Notes under the pieces: model-generated
The model's input: only the letters and a program-made list of their open reading frames with translations
Told to the model about the DNA's origin: nothing
The model's database searches: none
In this document: piece by piece, positions 25,486-35,890 of the stretch
Position numbering within the stretch: the first letter of the stretch is position 1
Layout of the letters: each line of letters begins with the position of its first letter
Translations under genes and position numbers: made by a program
Source of the DNA: a virus
Lineage: Duplodnaviria; Caudoviricetes
Direction: 5' to 3' (one strand)
Virus record (IMG/VR): IMGVR_UViG_3300026037_000015
Location: 1-56,395 of that record
DNA length: 56,395 nt

Positions 25486-28137
25486 GTGAGTCTGCTCCAG
25501 CGGCGCCCGGCCAGCAGGCCCTCGGGCAAGGTCCTTACCGCGGCAGGACGCCAGATCAAGCTGGACCCGGCCCGGCCGCTGGGGCTCAAGCGCGCGGCGT
25601 GGCAGGAGGACGCCTGGGCCTACCGCGACCAGATCGGGGAGATCCGCTACGCGATGCAGTACCTCGCGTCGGCTGCCTCCCGGATCCGGGTGCTCCCCGC
25701 CCTCGCAGCCCCGGACGGCTCGCCGCCGACCCCGCTTGCCGAGGTCACCTCCGAGCCGGTCCCGGCCCAGGTCCTCGCCGCAGCCAACGACGCGTTGGCC
25801 CGGCTCACCGGAGATACGTGCTCCTGGGGTGAGCTGCTCGCGCCCCTCGCGGAGTGCCTCGAGGTGCCCGGTGAGGCCCTCCTCGTCGGGTACACCGAGG
25901 TCGAGTCCGGGGAGGAGCGGTGGGAGGTCCGGTCGATCGAGGGCCTGGTCTCCCGGGACCAGGGCTGGTACCTGCGAGACACCCCGGATCAGCGGCACGA
26001 GCCGAAGGACAGGCTGTCCCCTGAGAGCACCTACGTGGCCCGGCTGTGGGTCCCCCACCCCCGGTGGCGTGGCCAGGCTGACTCCCCGATGCGTGCCCTC
26101 GCCGCGTTGGGTGGCCCGTGTGAGGAGCTTCAGCTCGTTTCCCGCGCGATCCGGGCCGTCGCCCGGTCCCGGTTCGCCGGAGCAGGGATCCTCGGGATGC
26201 CCAGCGAGATCGACTTCCAGTCGACGCTCGGGGTGGAGGACGACCCGGACGACCCTGGCGCGGACACGTTCATGAGCAGCTTGACCCGTGCGCTGACGAC
26301 GTCCATCGCCGACGAGGGCGACGCATCGAGTGTCGTCCCGATCGTCGTCAGGGCCCCCGGGGAGATCATCGACAAGATCAAGCTGCTGCGGCTCGACGCG
26401 CCGATCGACGACAAGCTGATGGCACGGGGGGAGGCAGCGCTGCGCCGGATCGGGGCAGGTCTCGACGTCCCCCCCGAGATCGTCACTGGCCTCGCCGACG
26501 TCAACCACTGGACGGCCTGGCAGATCGACAGTTCGACGATCAAGAACCATGTCGAGCCCCTCCTTGTACGGATGTGCGACGCGCTGACCGCTGGGTACCT
26601 GCGGCCAGCCCTGCGCGCGGTGCCAGGCATGGGCGACTGGGCCCGGCGGATCACCCTCTGGTACGACGTCTCCCCGATCACCGTGCGACCCAACCGGACC
26701 GAGGACGCGAGAGCCGGCCACGCCGCCCTGGTCCTCTCTGACGAGGCCCTCGTGACCGCGCTGGGGTTCGACCCCGAGACGGACATGCCCCAGGAGGAGG
26801 AGCTGGCACGGCGCACGGCGCTCGCCCGCGGGCAGGTCGACGCGCCCCTGACCGAGGCCCTCATGCGGATGCTGGTCCTGCCCCAGCTCGCCGCGATCAA
26901 TCGAGGCGCCACCGTCCCCGGCGAGACCGTCGAGCCCCCCGGCGTCGACCCGCCCGGGGAGTCCGAGGACGAGGAGGACGAGGCCTCGACTCCGGGGCCG
27001 GAGACCGGTCTCCAGGCAGCCGGCCAGCCGCCTGTGGTCCTGCGCTGCTACTCCCGGGAATCGCGGCGGCTGGCTGGTATCGACCGGGCCGTCAGGGACC
27101 AGCTCGCTGCGACCGCGACCGCGGCCGTCGACCGAGCCATCGAGCGCGCCGCGAACCGCGTCCGGGGCATGGCGCAACGGGACCCAGACGCGCGGTCGAT
27201 CGTCGCCGCTGTCCCGGCCGGAGACTCGGCCCGGGCCCTCGGCCGCGAGCAGGTCACGGCTGGCCTCGGCATCGACCTCGTCGAGCTGTTCGCGGGTGCC
27301 TGGGATGCCGTCGGCCTCGCGTGGGCTGCCCTAACCGGAGCCGCGGTCCTCGCTGCCGTCGAACTGGTCGAGTCGATGACCGGCCGGACCGTGTCCGAGC
27401 AGGACCTCTCCCGGCTGGAGGAGTCCTCGGGGACGGCCTGGGAGTGGTACGCGGCTGGCCTCGCGCGTACCGCCGAACGCGGCCTGTTCGACGTCGACAC
27501 CGAGACCGGGCTGGCCGAGGACCTCGGGGAGGACCCTGGCCGGCCCGGTGTCGTCACGTCCCTGACCAGAGGAGCGCTGGCCCTCGCCGGGGGGCTCCCC
27601 GTGTCCTCTCCGGGGCTGAATGAGGACGGAGTGCCGACTCAGGCAGGGGCTCGCGTCACGGGGCTCGCGTCCGGGGACATCCTGGAGTCGCACCTGCGCG
27701 CCGCTGGCGTCGAGGTCCTCGGCTACGAATGGGTCTACGGGATCTCCCGGAACTATTTCGAGCCGCACCGGGTCCTCGACGGGACGATCTTCGAGACGTT
27801 CGACTCGGCTGCGCTGCACCACACCGGGTGGCCCGGGCCGCGCCTGGCACCGGGGGACCACAAGGGCTGCCACTGCGACGCGCAGCCCGTGTACGCCGAC
27901 GGCCCGGCGTCCCTGAGCATGGAGGCGATCGGCCAGGCGACCCTCGACCCTGCCTACCGGGCGTTCGTCGCGCAGATGGCCGCCGACGACATCTCGGCTG
28001 GTTTCCTCGACCGCTACCCCGACTTGACCTCCCCGATCCGGGAGGTCATGGAAACCGAACGGATCACCAACGTCCGTCCCTCGCGGCCGGAGTCCCCCAC
28101 CCCGATCACCGATGCCGTCCGGCAGCACAGGAGTTGA
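25486..28137 (+). CDS. portal protein, probably fused to a MuF-like head morphogenesis domain
   Basis: WQEDAW...IGEIRY, PHPR....ADSP, GLDVPPEI.TG...VNHWTAWQI resemble cluster-B-type portals; C-terminal extension with PGDHKGCHC. Confidence 0.8.
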   Translation: MSLLQRRPASRPSGKVLTAAGRQIKLDPARPLGLKRAAWQEDAWAYRDQIGEIRYAMQYLASAASRIRVLPALAAPDGSPPTPLAEVTSEPVPAQVLAAANDALARLTGDTCSWGELLAPLAECLEVPGEALLVGYTEVESGEERWEVRSIEGLVSRDQGWYLRDTPDQRHEPKDRLSPESTYVARLWVPHPRWRGQADSPMRALAALGGPCEELQLVSRAIRAVARSRFAGAGILGMPSEIDFQSTLGVEDDPDDPGADTFMSSLTRALTTSIADEGDASSVVPIVVRAPGEIIDKIKLLRLDAPIDDKLMARGEAALRRIGAGLDVPPEIVTGLADVNHWTAWQIDSSTIKNHVEPLLVRMCDALTAGYLRPALRAVPGMGDWARRITLWYDVSPITVRPNRTEDARAGHAALVLSDEALVTALGFDPETDMPQEEELARRTALARGQVDAPLTEALMRMLVLPQLAAINRGATVPGETVEPPGVDPPGESEDEEDEASTPGPETGLQAAGQPPVVLRCYSRESRRLAGIDRAVRDQLAATATAAVDRAIERAANRVRGMAQRDPDARSIVAAVPAGDSARALGREQVTAGLGIDLVELFAGAWDAVGLAWAALTGAAVLAAVELVESMTGRTVSEQDLSRLEESSGTAWEWYAAGLARTAERGLFDVDTETGLAEDLGEDPGRPGVVTSLTRGALALAGGLPVSSPGLNEDGVPTQAGARVTGLASGDILESHLRAAGVEVLGYEWVYGISRNYFEPHRVLDGTIFETFDSAALHHTGWPGPRLAPGDHKGCHCDAQPVYADGPASLSMEAIGQATLDPAYRAFVAQMAADDISAGFLDRYPDLTSPIREVMETERITNVRPSRPESPTPITDAVRQHRS

Positions 28138-28139
28138 CC

Positions 28140-29519
28140 ATGGGAGCCAGGTTCCGCGCCATCACGATCTTCGAGGGAGTCGATACCGGCGACAAGCGGA
28201 CCATCGCGCCGGGCGCCCTCACCCACCGGGCGCTGCCGATGTCGCTGATGAGCCTCTTCGAGACCCCCGAGTTCGGTGGCCACGGCGGAGCGACCGTCGT
28301 CGGGTCGATCACGGAGATGTCCCGGGAGGACGCCACATCCTGGATCGATGAGGCGACCGGCCAGACCTGGGGTGAGGTCGCAGGCGGGCAGGTCTGGGCC
28401 TGGATCGGAACCGGCGAGTTCGCCGACACCGACGACGCGATCAAGGCCGAGGACCTCGTGAGGGGCCAGCACCTGCGCGGCGTGTCCGCCGACCTCGCAG
28501 CGATGGAGGCCGAGGTCGAGATCTTGGAGGAGGACGACGAGGGATGGCCGACGGACTGGCTGGAGACCATGACCAGCGCCGAGATCGCGGCCGCGACGGT
28601 CTGCAACGTCCCGGCGTTCCGGGGCTGCACGATCGAGCTGATCGAGGACACCGACCAGGACGGCGAGCCTGGCGAGCCCGAGGAGGAGCCCGCAGGCGCC
28701 GGTGTCACGGCCGCCGCTGAGCCGTGGCTGCCAGCGTTCAGGGTCTTGCCTGCCCCCAGGTGCGCGCCGTGCGAGGTCGGGGCAGTCACGGCCTCCGGGG
28801 GGCCACTCGACCCGCCCGGAGCCTGGTTCGCGGACCCTGGTCTCGGCCGGCCGACTCCGTTGACCGTGACCGCAGACGGCCGTGTGTTCGGCCACCTCGC
28901 GGCCTGGGGGACGTGCCACACGGGTTTCGCCGGGCAGTGTGTGACCCCGCCCCGGTCGTCCTCCGGGTACGCGCTGTTCCGTACCGGGGCCGTCCTCACG
29001 GCCGAGGGCCAGGAGGTGCCCGTCGGGCACATCACCCTCGGCACCGGCCACGCCGACCTGCACAGCGACTACCGGGCGGCCGCCGCGCACTACGACAACA
29101 CCGGGACGGTCGTAGCGGACGTCGCGGCCGGAGAGGACGAGCACGGCGTGTGGGTCGCTGGGGCGATCCGTCCTGACGTCACCGAGCAGCAGGTCAGGGC
29201 CCTCCGTGCCGCCCCGCTGTCCGGGGACTGGCGCCGGTACGGCTCCGGCCTGGAGATGGTCGCCGCGCTCGCCGTAAATACGCCGGGATTCCCTGTGCCG
29301 CGGGTCTCCAGCCTCGCGGCCTCCGGGCGTCCGTCGGCTCTCGTCGCGGCCGGAGCCCGGCCGCTGGCCATCGCTCGGCAGGCCCCGGACACCGAGAGGA
29401 TCGCCGGTCAGGTCCGGACCCTCGTCGCTGCCGCCGTCGCGCCGCTCCTGCCCGCGGCCAAGGCCGCTCACCTCGCCCGTATCCGGTCTGCCCGAGCCAA
29501 CAGAGGAGCCACCCAGTGA
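28140..29519 (+). CDS. capsid maturation protease (cluster-B-like)
   Basis: TGDKR, GVSADL, PAF, GRVFGHLAAWGTCH, SGDWR, VNTPGFP; located between portal and capsid. Confidence 0.75.
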   Translation: MGARFRAITIFEGVDTGDKRTIAPGALTHRALPMSLMSLFETPEFGGHGGATVVGSITEMSREDATSWIDEATGQTWGEVAGGQVWAWIGTGEFADTDDAIKAEDLVRGQHLRGVSADLAAMEAEVEILEEDDEGWPTDWLETMTSAEIAAATVCNVPAFRGCTIELIEDTDQDGEPGEPEEEPAGAGVTAAAEPWLPAFRVLPAPRCAPCEVGAVTASGGPLDPPGAWFADPGLGRPTPLTVTADGRVFGHLAAWGTCHTGFAGQCVTPPRSSSGYALFRTGAVLTAEGQEVPVGHITLGTGHADLHSDYRAAAAHYDNTGTVVADVAAGEDEHGVWVAGAIRPDVTEQQVRALRAAPLSGDWRRYGSGLEMVAALAVNTPGFPVPRVSSLAASGRPSALVAAGARPLAIARQAPDTERIAGQVRTLVAAAVAPLLPAAKAAHLARIRSARANRGATQ

Positions 29520-30121
29520 GGTACACCGTCGGTCTCGCCCCGTCCGCCATCGAGTCCGGGGCCAACGCCCGCATCACCGTCTCCAACTCGGGGACCGTCG
29601 CGGCCATCCTGAGCGCGGGAGGGCTCAAGCCGCTGCCTCCGGGGTACTCCCGGACGGTCAACACCGGAGGCGTCGCCGTCACGGCGATGACCGGAGTCGC
29701 CTCGACGACGACCCTGGAGGTCGACTCGGCAGGTGCCCTCCCGGAGGACCCGCAGTCGATCAGTTACGGGGACCTCGACGACAGCCTCAAGACCGCGATC
29801 GGGAACCTGGAGACCCTCCCGGTCTCCGTCGACGCGGCCGTCGGGGCGGCCAAGACGCTCGACGTCGGATACCCGATGCACCGGCTGACCCTCGGTGCGG
29901 CCTCCACGTTCACGATCCCGCCGGTCGCAGGCAAGAGGCTGTCGCTGCTCATCGTCCAGGGCATCGGCGGGCCCTACACCGTGACGTGGCCGGCCAGCGT
30001 CCGGTGGCCGGCAGGGACCGCGCCGTCCCTGGTCGCGACGACCAACCTGATCGAGCTGGTCTGCATCAACGGCACGAACTGGGAAGGAAGATCGTCCCTG
30101 GCTCTGGCCGTCCCTGCCTGA
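29516..30121 (+). CDS. probable virion structural or decoration protein
   Basis: Beta-rich sequence; VTWPASVRWPAGTAP motif common in phage structural proteins. Confidence 0.5.
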   Translation: MRYTVGLAPSAIESGANARITVSNSGTVAAILSAGGLKPLPPGYSRTVNTGGVAVTAMTGVASTTTLEVDSAGALPEDPQSISYGDLDDSLKTAIGNLETLPVSVDAAVGAAKTLDVGYPMHRLTLGAASTFTIPPVAGKRLSLLIVQGIGGPYTVTWPASVRWPAGTAPSLVATTNLIELVCINGTNWEGRSSLALAVPA

Positions 30122-30188
30122 GCGCTACCCTGACGGCCCCGGGTCTCCCGGGACTCCAGGGAGGGGGCTCCCTGGGGGTGTCGTCAAC

Positions 30189-30220
30189 GGTGAGGGGCCC
30201 GCTACGGCGGGCCCCTCACC
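30189..30220 (+). terminator. hairpin upstream of the major capsid gene
   Basis: GGTGAGGGGCCCGC-TACG-GCGGGCCCCTCACC. Confidence 0.65.
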
Positions 30221-30388
30221 CATGTCAGGACTCGCGACTCTCCTGTCTGTCCGGCCCGGGAGATCCAAGGTGGTGCCAGCAGCCCGCGGCCTGCCTAGCG
30301 GACCAGGGGCTCGGCAGGGCACCTGCGCGGCGCGGACCTCGTCGGCCGACGGGCCCTCTCCCTCACCCCGTCGACCAGGAGCAAGATC

Positions 30389-32053
30389 ATGGATCGCATC
30401 ACCGAGCTGCTCGCCGCGGGCCTCGCGAACCTCACGATCGAGGAGCTGGCCGAACTCGACCGGCTCATCACCGAGGAGACCGAGCGGCTGGAGGCCGAAG
30501 CCGCCTCGTTGGAGAACGTCGCCGCACTGGAGGCCGTCGCTGACGCTGCCGACCAGCTCGGTGCCGAGCGCGACCGCCGCGATGCCGAGCAGCAGGAGCT
30601 GGAGGCCCGCCGTCAGGCGACCCTCGACCGGCTCCGTCCTGCCGAGGACCAGGGCGAGGGCGACGGCGAGGACCAGGGCGAGGGCGACGGCGAGGACCAG
30701 GGCGAGACGCCCGCGCAGCTCGCTGCCTCCGGACGTGCCACCGGGCGACGCCCGGCCCGGGCCCCGATGTCGTCCCTGCGGCGCCCCGCGACGGCCGACC
30801 CGCGGCGACCCGCCGGTGAGCCGGCCACGTCCCTGATGCACGCCACGGTCACGGCCTCGGGCAGCGAGGTCACGACCAGGGCGCAGGTCGTCGAGGCCTT
30901 CTCGCGGGAGATCCAGCGGTCCCGGAGCGTCCGGACCGGGCGTATCTCCGTGGTCACCGCGTCGATCGACTGGCCGGAGGACCGGTCCCTGACCCACGGC
31001 GACGGCGCGACGAACGAGACCAGGCTCCAGCGGTCCCTCACCCCCGAGGCCCTGGTCGCGGCCGGGGGGCTGTGCGCCCCGATCGAGAACGTCTACGACG
31101 TCGCGGTCGCCGGTTCCGCGGCCCGTCCCCTGCGGGATGCCCTGCCCGTGTTCGGTGCCGACCGCGGCGGTGTCAGCCTGCGGCCCGGCCCGAACTTCGA
31201 GGACTGGGCTGCCGGAGTCGGCTCCTGGACGCTGGCCGACGACATCAACGCCGCGACCCCCGGCGGCGCGGACCCGACGAAGGCGATCATCGAGGCGCAG
31301 TGTGCTGGCTTCGAGGACTTCTACGTCGAGGCGACCACCGCGCGGGTGAGGTTCAGGAACGTGACCACGCGGTTCGACCCGGAGATGACCGCCGCGAACC
31401 TCGCCGCGCTGGACATCGCCTACGCGCGGATCGCCGAGAACAAGATCCTCGGGTGGCTGGGTGCTGCCTCCCTCACGGTCACGTCGGCGGTCGAGTACTC
31501 CGCTACCCGCGACCTGCTCCGGGCCCTCGACCGGCTCATCGCGGCGTACAAGAGCCGTCACCGTCTCGACGACGCGCTGACCCTGAACATGGCCGTCCCG
31601 CGCTGGCTCAAGGACCTCATCCGCGCCGACCTCGCCGCCGGTGAGTCGACGCCCGCGACGCTCGCGGCGGCCGACGCCGCGATCCAGTCGTGGTTCGCCG
31701 ACCGGAACGTGCGGCCGATCTGGCACCTCGACGGCCGGGCCGCGCAGGTCGGTCCCCCGATCGTCGCCGCCCAGCTCTACGCGGCGATGGTCGACGGCGC
31801 CGCGGTCCCCGCGTTCCCGACGACCCTGGAGGCGTTCCTCTGGGTGCCCGGTGACTTCCTGTACCTCGACGGCGGCACGATCGACCTGGGGCTCGTCCGC
31901 GACTCCGACCTGAACGCGGTCAACGCCTACGAGACCTTCCGCGAGGAGTTCCACGGCCTGGCGTTCCGGGGGACGGAGGCGCTGCGTCTGGTCGCCGAGC
32001 TGAGCCCGACCGGGTGCTCGGCCGGGCGCATCGACTGCGCCGCCGTCGCGTAG
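30389..32053 (+). CDS. major capsid protein with N-terminal scaffold-like domain
   Basis: Acidic coiled-coil N-terminus; LVAAGGLCAP.E..YD, RGGV, IDLGLVRDS.LN..N.Y..F.E.F. Confidence 0.85.
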   Translation: MDRITELLAAGLANLTIEELAELDRLITEETERLEAEAASLENVAALEAVADAADQLGAERDRRDAEQQELEARRQATLDRLRPAEDQGEGDGEDQGEGDGEDQGETPAQLAASGRATGRRPARAPMSSLRRPATADPRRPAGEPATSLMHATVTASGSEVTTRAQVVEAFSREIQRSRSVRTGRISVVTASIDWPEDRSLTHGDGATNETRLQRSLTPEALVAAGGLCAPIENVYDVAVAGSAARPLRDALPVFGADRGGVSLRPGPNFEDWAAGVGSWTLADDINAATPGGADPTKAIIEAQCAGFEDFYVEATTARVRFRNVTTRFDPEMTAANLAALDIAYARIAENKILGWLGAASLTVTSAVEYSATRDLLRALDRLIAAYKSRHRLDDALTLNMAVPRWLKDLIRADLAAGESTPATLAAADAAIQSWFADRNVRPIWHLDGRAAQVGPPIVAAQLYAAMVDGAAVPAFPTTLEAFLWVPGDFLYLDGGTIDLGLVRDSDLNAVNAYETFREEFHGLAFRGTEALRLVAELSPTGCSAGRIDCAAVA

Positions 32054-32133
32054 GAGGAGCAGCGGCCGGGTGGTCCTCTCGGGGGCCACCCGGCCGGTAG
32101 CCGGCCACCACCCGCAGACGTCCAGGAGACCCA

Positions 32134-32988
32134 ATGAGAACCGTGCCCCCGCCCCCGGTCACCCTCGTGACGCCCGGGACTCTGCTCGCCGCGGCAGACA
32201 CCCCCGGAGACCTGCTCGCCCGGGACGAGGAGACCGGCTACCTGGGGCCCATCGTCTCCGGGTGGGACCTCTACGACCCCTGTGGTGACCCGGAGGACGA
32301 CCGCGGCCTAGGGCATGACCTCAACGACGGCGAGGTGTCCTCTGCGATGCCGTGGGTCCTCCAGGGCCCGTCGTCGACGTGCACCGTGATGAGCATGAGC
32401 GTCGAGGACCTCGAGGCCCGGGCCCGGGCTGGCCTCGCCGCGATCGAGGACGCAGCGATCGCCCACGAGTTCTGGACCGGTGCGCTCGCGGTCCAGGCGG
32501 CTGGCGTCGACCCGAACAGCCCGTGGCTGCTCAACCCCCGGCTGGAGGCAGGTGCCGCGGTCACCGACGTCAACGCTGGCGGTGCCGTGTCGGTCCGGAC
32601 CGGGCTCGGGCTCCTGGAGCAGGCGCTCTCCGGGCTCCTCGGGGTCGGTGTCCTGACCCTCCATGCCGCGGTGCATGTCCTGCCGCAGCTCGCCGACTAC
32701 GTGCGCCGCGACGGGGCGCTCCTGCTCACCCAGCGGGACACTCGGGTCGTCCTCTCTCCCGGGTACCCGGGGACGTCGCCCCTCGGTGCGGCGGCCGCGG
32801 CCGGGCAGGCATGGGTCTACGGCACGGCCCGCCCGACGGTGCGCCGTGGCCCGGTGACCGTCGACCCTGTGACAGTCGGGCAGGTCATCGACCCGGAGAC
32901 GAACCGGGCGACGGTCTACGCCCACCGCCTGGTCCACATCACGCTCCCGGCGCCGGACATCTACGCCGTCCGCGTCACCCTCACCTGA
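32134..32988 (+). CDS. second capsid-associated protein (candidate pentamer/minor capsid protein)
   Basis: Directly after the MCP; E.AI..EFWTG, V..PGY, WVYGT pattern as in cluster-B-like phages. Confidence 0.6.
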   Translation: MRTVPPPPVTLVTPGTLLAAADTPGDLLARDEETGYLGPIVSGWDLYDPCGDPEDDRGLGHDLNDGEVSSAMPWVLQGPSSTCTVMSMSVEDLEARARAGLAAIEDAAIAHEFWTGALAVQAAGVDPNSPWLLNPRLEAGAAVTDVNAGGAVSVRTGLGLLEQALSGLLGVGVLTLHAAVHVLPQLADYVRRDGALLLTQRDTRVVLSPGYPGTSPLGAAAAAGQAWVYGTARPTVRRGPVTVDPVTVGQVIDPETNRATVYAHRLVHITLPAPDIYAVRVTLT

Positions 32989-33004
32989 TCCGAAGGAGAC
33001 CGAC

Positions 33005-33652
33005 ATGGCTGGCTGGGACGGCGCGGGCAGCATCCACGCGCTGCGGACGCGCATCACCCGACTCGCTGCGACCGGGGCTCCTGCTGTCTCGGCCAGTGCC
33101 TACGTCGTCACCGACGCGCTGGTCAAGGCGTCCTGGACGCCGCAGTACGTCGAGGGCGAGGAGATCGAGCAGCTCAACGGCGGCGGGGAGCTGTGTGTCC
33201 ATTGGAAGGCTCCTCGGGTCCTCAAGGCTGCCGAGGTCAGCATCGAGTTCTGCACCCCCGACCCCCTCGTCGAGGAGCTGCTCTCCGGTGGCGCCGTCAT
33301 CCTCGACGTCGCCACGCCGATCGGGTACAAGGCCCCCGACATCGGGGTCGACCCGATGCCCAACGGCGTGAGCATCGAGTTCTGGTCCCGTGCCGTCATC
33401 GACGGCGCACCTGCGGCCTCGACGCCCTACATCCAGTGGATCCTGCCCCGGGTCAAGGACCTCGGGCAGGACGAGCAGACGCTGGAGAACGCCGCGCACA
33501 ACCCGGTGTTCAGCGGCAGCGCGGGGAAGAACACCGGGTGGGCGCCGCCTGCTGACACCTGGACCTACGGGTCGGACCGTATCTGGCAGTGGGCCCGGGT
33601 CGCCTCGCTCCCGGCCGTCACCGACGGGTACGCGGCCGTCGCGGCTCCGTAA
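33005..33652 (+). CDS. major tail protein
   Basis: RITRL...G.P, EGEEIEQLNGGGELC, FCTPDP, SIEFWS; AAGGAG RBS. Confidence 0.75.
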   Translation: MAGWDGAGSIHALRTRITRLAATGAPAVSASAYVVTDALVKASWTPQYVEGEEIEQLNGGGELCVHWKAPRVLKAAEVSIEFCTPDPLVEELLSGGAVILDVATPIGYKAPDIGVDPMPNGVSIEFWSRAVIDGAPAASTPYIQWILPRVKDLGQDEQTLENAAHNPVFSGSAGKNTGWAPPADTWTYGSDRIWQWARVASLPAVTDGYAAVAAP

Positions 33653-34392
33653 TGGCCGAGCCGACGCCCGCGGGTAGCGGCCTGTGCGCGGCATGGGTCG
33701 CTGCCGCTGACCTGTCTCCGGCCTCGACGGCGAGGCTCACGGGCGTCCCGGCGGCCATGGTCGACCGGGGGCTCCTCGCGGCCTCCGAGATCCTCTATCG
33801 GCTCTCGGGCGGCCGGTGGCGCGGCACCGGCTGTACCCGGACCCTCGTCGTCGAGGCCGGGCCTCGCGGTGAGCTGCCGCTGCCGCTGCCTGGGACCGGT
33901 CAGCGACCCGCGAGCAGGCACCCGGGGTCGCGGCTGACCCTGCCCGACTACCCGGTGACCTCGGTGACCTCGGTCCACGTCAACACGATCCTCCTGCCTG
34001 CGGTCAGCTACCGGCTGGAGAACGGCCGGTGGCTCCGCAGGCTCGACGGAGCAGGAGACCCGATCGCCTGGACAGGGTCGGAGGTCCAGGTCATCTACGC
34101 ATTCGGGGCTGCTCCCCCCTACGGCGGGGCACGGGCAGCGGAGGTCCTCGGGGTCGAGATCGCGCTCGCGCTGGCCGGCTCCGAGTCCTGTGCGCTCCCG
34201 CAGCGCGTCCAGACGATCACCAGGCAGGGCATGACCGTCGCGATGCTCGACCCGCAGGACTACCTCCGGGAGGGCCTGAGTGGTCTCCCGGAGGTCGACC
34301 TGTGGTTGGCCGCGGTCAACCCCGGGAAGCTCCGGCGGCCCTCGACTGTCTGGTCTCCCGACGTCGACCGGACCACAACCCGCTACCTCTAG
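33652..34392 (+). CDS. head-to-tail adaptor
   Basis: ASEILYRLSG, C.LPQRV..ITRQG, GLPEVDLWL.AVNP, VWSPD. Confidence 0.75.
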   Translation: MAEPTPAGSGLCAAWVAAADLSPASTARLTGVPAAMVDRGLLAASEILYRLSGGRWRGTGCTRTLVVEAGPRGELPLPLPGTGQRPASRHPGSRLTLPDYPVTSVTSVHVNTILLPAVSYRLENGRWLRRLDGAGDPIAWTGSEVQVIYAFGAAPPYGGARAAEVLGVEIALALAGSESCALPQRVQTITRQGMTVAMLDPQDYLREGLSGLPEVDLWLAAVNPGKLRRPSTVWSPDVDRTTTRYL

Positions 34393-34400
34393 GAGCCCTC

Positions 34401-34874
34401 ATGGACATCCGGCAGCTCTCGGCCATCCTGCGGCGCGCTGGCGCGTCCCGCCCGGAGGTCTACCGCGCGCAGCGACTCTGGACGCTCGTCTGGGATGACG
34501 CCGTCCGGGCCGAGTTCTCCGCGGCGGTGACCGGAGCCACCCACCGGGACGTCGTCGTCACGGCGATGGCCTTCGTCGCCGGCCACGGCCCGCGGGAGGC
34601 CGCTGCTGCCCCGGAGCCGGCCGAGGAACAGGCACCCGAGCCGGAGACCCCCGTCGCCCCCGGGGAGGGCAGCACCGCCCCGGAGGAGGACGCTCCGGGG
34701 CCTGACGGGCTGACCCCGGAGCAGATCGGGGAGATCCTCGCGACCGGGGCGACGGCCGCCGCCTACATCGAGGTCTACCCCCAGGACGCCTCGCAGCTCC
34801 TCGCCGCAGAGCAGGCCGGGCGGGCACGCAAGACTGTCCTCGCGCTCCTCGCCCGGTCGGCCGAGGACCGGTAG
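34401..34874 (+). CDS. hypothetical protein
   Basis: AGGAG RBS; C-terminal LAAEQAGRARKTVL motif. Confidence 0.6.
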   Translation: MDIRQLSAILRRAGASRPEVYRAQRLWTLVWDDAVRAEFSAAVTGATHRDVVVTAMAFVAGHGPREAAAAPEPAEEQAPEPETPVAPGEGSTAPEEDAPGPDGLTPEQIGEILATGATAAAYIEVYPQDASQLLAAEQAGRARKTVLALLARSAEDR

Positions 34875-34879
34875 TCCCG

Positions 34880-35410
34880 GTGACGCTCCTGGACGTCTAC
34901 GGGACCGGTACGGCACTGCTCAACCTCATCGAGGTCTGCGCTGCCGCTGAGGGCGTGACCCTGCCCGCCCGGCGCTACGTCTCGGCCGGTCACCCAGCCG
35001 AGGTCGTCTGGGACTGCGACCAGGTCGTCATCGCGCTCGCTGTCCTCGGTGAAGGGATCTCCGCTGCCATGCAGGGCGGCGGGACCGCCAAGGCCCCCGG
35101 GTCGATGGTCTCTCCGGGCGGGGTACCCCACCTGCCAGCGGCCCAGCTCGTAGCGCAGATCGTCAGGTGTGCCCCCGCCCTGACCTCCAGGGGCGAGCCC
35201 CCGACCGTCGCCGCACTGGAGGCCTCCGGGGAGGAGGCACTCACCGACGCCGCGCTGCTGCACCTCGTCCGGGCCCGGTGGGCTGCCTCGGCCCCGGGAG
35301 CCCCCACCGACGTGCTGCTCGGGCAGGTACTCCCGGCCGGGCCCTCCGGCGGGTTCTCCGCGATGTCGCTGACCGTCGCGGTCACCGTGACCCAGGTGAT
35401 GGCACCGTGA
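34880..35410 (+). CDS. tail terminator / neck protein
   Basis: VWDC, QIVRC, GPSGG; position in the neck module. Confidence 0.6.
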   Translation: MTLLDVYGTGTALLNLIEVCAAAEGVTLPARRYVSAGHPAEVVWDCDQVVIALAVLGEGISAAMQGGGTAKAPGSMVSPGGVPHLPAAQLVAQIVRCAPALTSRGEPPTVAALEASGEEALTDAALLHLVRARWAASAPGAPTDVLLGQVLPAGPSGGFSAMSLTVAVTVTQVMAP

Positions 35411-35820
35411 TCGACCTCGTCCTCGGTCACATCGTGGTCAGGCCGGTCCCGATCGCTGCGCTCTCCCGGTCTCCCGGTGGGGCAGGGATCGTCGCTGACC
35501 TGATGCGCCGCGGGACCAACGTGCAGATGGGGGCACGCCGGTACGCGGGGAACCGGACCGGGCTCCTCCAGGCGAGCATCGTCAAGCGCCTGGAATGGCG
35601 AGGCGTCCCCGTCGTCATCATCGGCACGGACGTCGCCTACGCCAGGTGGCACCACGAGGGGTCTGACCCCCACGTCATCAGACCCAGGGCCCGGCAGGCG
35701 TTGCGGTTCCCCGCGTCCGCCCCGAACGGGCTCGCCGTGGTGTTCGCCAAGCGCGTCAACCACCCGGGGACCAAGGGGACGAAGTTCCTGGTCCGTGCGC
35801 TGCCGCTGGCCGCCGGGTAG
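35407..35820 (+). CDS. HK97 gp10-like tail completion protein
   Basis: RTGLLQASI, YA..HHEG..PHVIRP, VNHPGT...FL..AL. Confidence 0.75.
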   Translation: MIDLVLGHIVVRPVPIAALSRSPGGAGIVADLMRRGTNVQMGARRYAGNRTGLLQASIVKRLEWRGVPVVIIGTDVAYARWHHEGSDPHVIRPRARQALRFPASAPNGLAVVFAKRVNHPGTKGTKFLVRALPLAAG

Positions 35821-35890
35821 GTGTCCGAGGCCTGAGCGACCATGAGCCGGCCAACACCTCCAGCTACCCGCTCGACAGGAGACCCCAGGC

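Noticed and set aside
30644-30705. 24-bp tandem repeat in the major capsid gene
   Set aside because: It encodes an acidic EDQGEGDG linker in the scaffold region and is ordinary low-complexity coding sequence
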